In this document: one piece after another, positions 61,457 through 64,000 of the stretch | Numbering within the stretch: position 1 is the first letter of the stretch | How the letters are laid out: each line of letters opens with the position of its first letter | Virus record (IMG/VR): IMGVR_UViG_3300031416_000001 | Source: a virus | DNA: 64,000 nucleotides | Reading direction: 5' to 3' (one strand) | The notes under the pieces: generated by a model | What the model saw: only the letters and a program-made list of their open reading frames with translations | Databases searched by the model: none | Told to the model about the DNA's origin: nothing | Translations under genes and position numbers: made by a program

Positions 61457-64000
61457 ATGTTTATTGAAATGTGGCCAAACTTGGCGTTTGATCCGCATGG
61501 GACAAATACCAATAACGATATAAAAGATGAGGTTCAGAAACTTACCGATAAAACCTGTCCCTGGATTGTTCCCAACGGCGCTCCTTTTGTCGCAGGTTCA
61601 GTAAAGATCAAAACCTCGGACGGACAACCTGTTACCACGGGTTGGAAAGAATGTTTTAAACCCATGCCGTTGTGCGAGATCACTGGGCTGGATATCAACA
61701 CCTTCGTTGAGCTGGAACCGGAACTACTGGAACAGTATGACAACCTGGTGTTTAGCTACCATTCAGTGGGTGTGGCGTATGTGCCGCGTAGCTCACTGGA
61801 AGATCAGTTAGAAGCCATCAAGCATGGTGCTGACCCGATCCCGTGGAGCAAGGTTATTCAGATTCCTGAAACCCTGCCACCTAGCGAACACTGGCATCTC
61901 GGCGACGAACTGCTGGGGTGGGACGACATCGTGATGTTTTGTCGTTACCTGCTGGCATTGGCTGAACGTCAGATCCGTACCCAGGCTAACATCGAAGACG
62001 TTTACAACAACGTACGCGATGTCCTGGATAAGTTGATTGCGCAGTACAACCTGATCAGTGCCAAGCTGGAAAGTCATGACCGCAACTACAGCAACCCGCA
62101 CCATGTTACTGCCTTTGATCTGTTGTTAGGTAACGTGGATAACTTTGCCACGGCGACCATTGAACAGGATATTGACGGTGTACGTGCTGATCTATTCTCT
62201 ACCCCAGCTGGCGCTATTCAAGCTGTGCAGAAGCAGACACCGGATACGTCAGGTTTGATGAAGAACGGAACCTTACCGATCTCCATGCTGAGTTCGTCTG
62301 ACTATCTGCCTCCGGTTATTGACGGGAGCTTTGAGGGTATCGGAACTGACACCAACATGGCGGCGATCTGTTTAGAGAACAACGGTCGGGTCATGATGAT
62401 CAAGCGTCACTTCGACGGTCGCGTTAAAGCTTTGTATTTTAGTTATATTGAAGATTATAAGCAACCAACACCTAACCTGTTGTTCACCGGGTTTAAGTAC
62501 GAGAACCCCCTGTTAAAAGCTGCGGGTTACAACTTAGATACGGTGATCCGCGGTTCAGGGCAAGATGTCATGATTGTCGGAGATTCCAGCAAAAACAAAT
62601 GGTGGGTGACACTCACCAACGGCACACTGAATCCCGCCACACATGTCTTTACCGAAGTGGACATGTCAGGAATACCCCATCAGGATTTCCAGCAGGCTTA
62701 TTATCCTAATACGGTGATGAGTACTAAAAACTGGATCATTATCTCAGCGGGGATGGATAGCGGCAGTAACGGCCAAGCGTTCTTCCGGATACCAAAATCG
62801 TCTCTGGGTCAGGGCAACGTGTTAACGCCAGCTTTGATGAACGTTAACTACACGGATCTGGCCGGTCGTGTTAAAAATAACCAAGCCTGGTTTTATCCTG
62901 ACGAAACCGTGCGTGACGCCAACAATATGATCACGCGGTATCTCTGGATGTTTAATCCGCCCGTGCGTGGTATTTCTTACCGTTACTCAGACCCCATCTT
63001 CTTTGCTGAAGAGTCGGCTGACGTACTGGTGATGCGTTTTTGCTTACGACCTTTCCTGGGTGACGACCAACGTGTACCACAAACTAACTTCTACTTGAAC
63101 TTTCAGTTTGCCTACCGACTCAACGTAACAAATGGTCAGATGACGTTTTTAGACAGCTCGCCGATTGTTACTGCGGATACCACGTTGGGTTACTATCCGC
63201 CGGGTGCAGAAAGCGTTCAGTTCGTCGACCAGTCAGTGGGAATCGACTTTGCCAGTGCCCCCGTTGTTTTGCCTACGGGTGATTATTTGTTCATTACTTC
63301 AGCGAACTCTACGACAACGTTCCCTATGACGTTGTGTGTGGCGATTACCGCGGCTAACAATGCAGCGGATGCGGTTAAAACGCACTTAACCAATAACAAC
63401 CACACTTATCTTCGCAGCAATCAGGCGGTGCTAGCGCCAACGGCAGAAGGAACAGGTGCGTTGCACCCTGTCTGGGATCGCGAGGGCGAATTTATTCCAT
63501 GCTGGGATAAAGCAGGAAAAACGCAAGTAGAAGTTTACCGTAAAGTCAGTGGCGGGTTTGCCAGTCGTCCCGGACTCACCAACTTACGCTTGGGTAATTT
63601 GTTGGGACGTCCTCTGGTTAATACAGTGTATGCCACCAACGTGGGTTTTAACTACCCTATGGCGATGTTTACAGGTAACAGTGCGGCGCTGGATGCCGCG
63701 GGTGTTGAGTGTGGTGACATGTCTATGTCAGTGGTACAAGCTGTCTTTGACAAGGGTGGGTGGAGTTCTCGCTTTCCTAACAGTCCTGGCATTAATGCCA
63801 TGATAGATTCATTGATTTCTGTTCCGCGTACGTTTAACAAAACGTACAATGACGACACCATGAACATGACAGTGACCCCGACTTCTTATTACGGTATTAA
63901 CCCTGATGTGTTGAATCAGATCAAAGCTATGTTTGTGACTGAAGCAGCACAAATGTCTTACGCCGCAATAAAAGTATTGATCCCCTATCAGGCGCAAGCA
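61457..64000 (+). CDS. tail-fibre protein paralog, 5' part (at least 848 codons, runs off the window end); absent from the supplied ORF track
   Basis: ATG 61457 has an AGGAG RBS 6 nt upstream. I translated the frame through to 64000 and found no stop. VPNGAPFV, WSKVIQIPETLPPSEHWHLGDELLGWDDIVMF, LGNVDNFATAT and LPISMLSS..PPVIDGSFEGIGT..AAICLENNG..HFDGR..LYFS are paralogous to 57918..61415. Confidence 0.8.
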   Translation, partial: MFIEMWPNLAFDPHGTNTNNDIKDEVQKLTDKTCPWIVPNGAPFVAGSVKIKTSDGQPVTTGWKECFKPMPLCEITGLDINTFVELEPELLEQYDNLVFSYHSVGVAYVPRSSLEDQLEAIKHGADPIPWSKVIQIPETLPPSEHWHLGDELLGWDDIVMFCRYLLALAERQIRTQANIEDVYNNVRDVLDKLIAQYNLISAKLESHDRNYSNPHHVTAFDLLLGNVDNFATATIEQDIDGVRADLFSTPAGAIQAVQKQTPDTSGLMKNGTLPISMLSSSDYLPPVIDGSFEGIGTDTNMAAICLENNGRVMMIKRHFDGRVKALYFSYIEDYKQPTPNLLFTGFKYENPLLKAAGYNLDTVIRGSGQDVMIVGDSSKNKWWVTLTNGTLNPATHVFTEVDMSGIPHQDFQQAYYPNTVMSTKNWIIISAGMDSGSNGQAFFRIPKSSLGQGNVLTPALMNVNYTDLAGRVKNNQAWFYPDETVRDANNMITRYLWMFNPPVRGISYRYSDPIFFAEESADVLVMRFCLRPFLGDDQRVPQTNFYLNFQFAYRLNVTNGQMTFLDSSPIVTADTTLGYYPPGAESVQFVDQSVGIDFASAPVVLPTGDYLFITSANSTTTFPMTLCVAITAANNAADAVKTHLTNNNHTYLRSNQAVLAPTAEGTGALHPVWDREGEFIPCWDKAGKTQVEVYRKVSGGFASRPGLTNLRLGNLLGRPLVNTVYATNVGFNYPMAMFTGNSAALDAAGVECGDMSMSVVQAVFDKGGWSSRFPNSPGINAMIDSLISVPRTFNKTYNDDTMNMTVTPTSYYGINPDVLNQIKAMFVTEAAQMSYAAIKVLIPYQAQA

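Noticed and set aside
1-64000. tRNA or other canonical RNA genes
   Set aside because: No T-loop GTTCRANYC context with matching acceptor or anticodon stems was found in any intergenic gap. All gaps over 60 nt are accounted for by hairpins and leaders. A proper tRNAscan-SE or Infernal run is still needed.

Overview
This window reads as a densely packed (about 95% coding) segment of a jumbo, phiKZ-like (nucleus-forming, chimallivirus-type) myophage. By eye the GC content is in the high 40s percent, and the most expressed genes have enterobacterial-style codon bias. I saw no rRNA, tRNA, CRISPR array, integrase or transposase.

Contents from left to right:
- Two small ORFs.
- A 440-bp AT-rich intergenic region.
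- A tandem array of three NUMOD4/HNH homing-endonuclease-like paralogs, each with its own terminator.
- A minus-strand gene for a free-standing RNA polymerase beta-prime fragment (bridge helix to trigger loop).
- A strongly codon-optimised gene pair (7084-9521) of unknown function, offered as a speculative nuclear-shell candidate.
- A family-B DNA polymerase that stops between motif A and motif B.
- An M48-like membrane metalloprotease.
- A long late-type virion block that includes a tandem family of at least 7 paralogous head/internal proteins.
- A DnaB-type helicase.
- A 753-aa major-capsid-like gene.
- Adjacent beta(N)-like and beta-prime(N)-like RNAP genes.
- A 1020-aa portal-like gene.
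- A RuvC-like resolvase.
- An overlapped spanin pair.
- Three paralogous tail-fibre genes. The last of these (61457 to beyond 64000) is open-ended and missing from the supplied ORF track.

Gene clusters are punctuated by GC-rich hairpin terminators, several of which share the same stem sequence. A TTTTATG motif recurs 25-90 nt upstream of late-type genes.

All functional calls rest on by-eye motif comparison against remembered family consensus sequences. No database search was possible, and most virion ORFs remain hypothetical.
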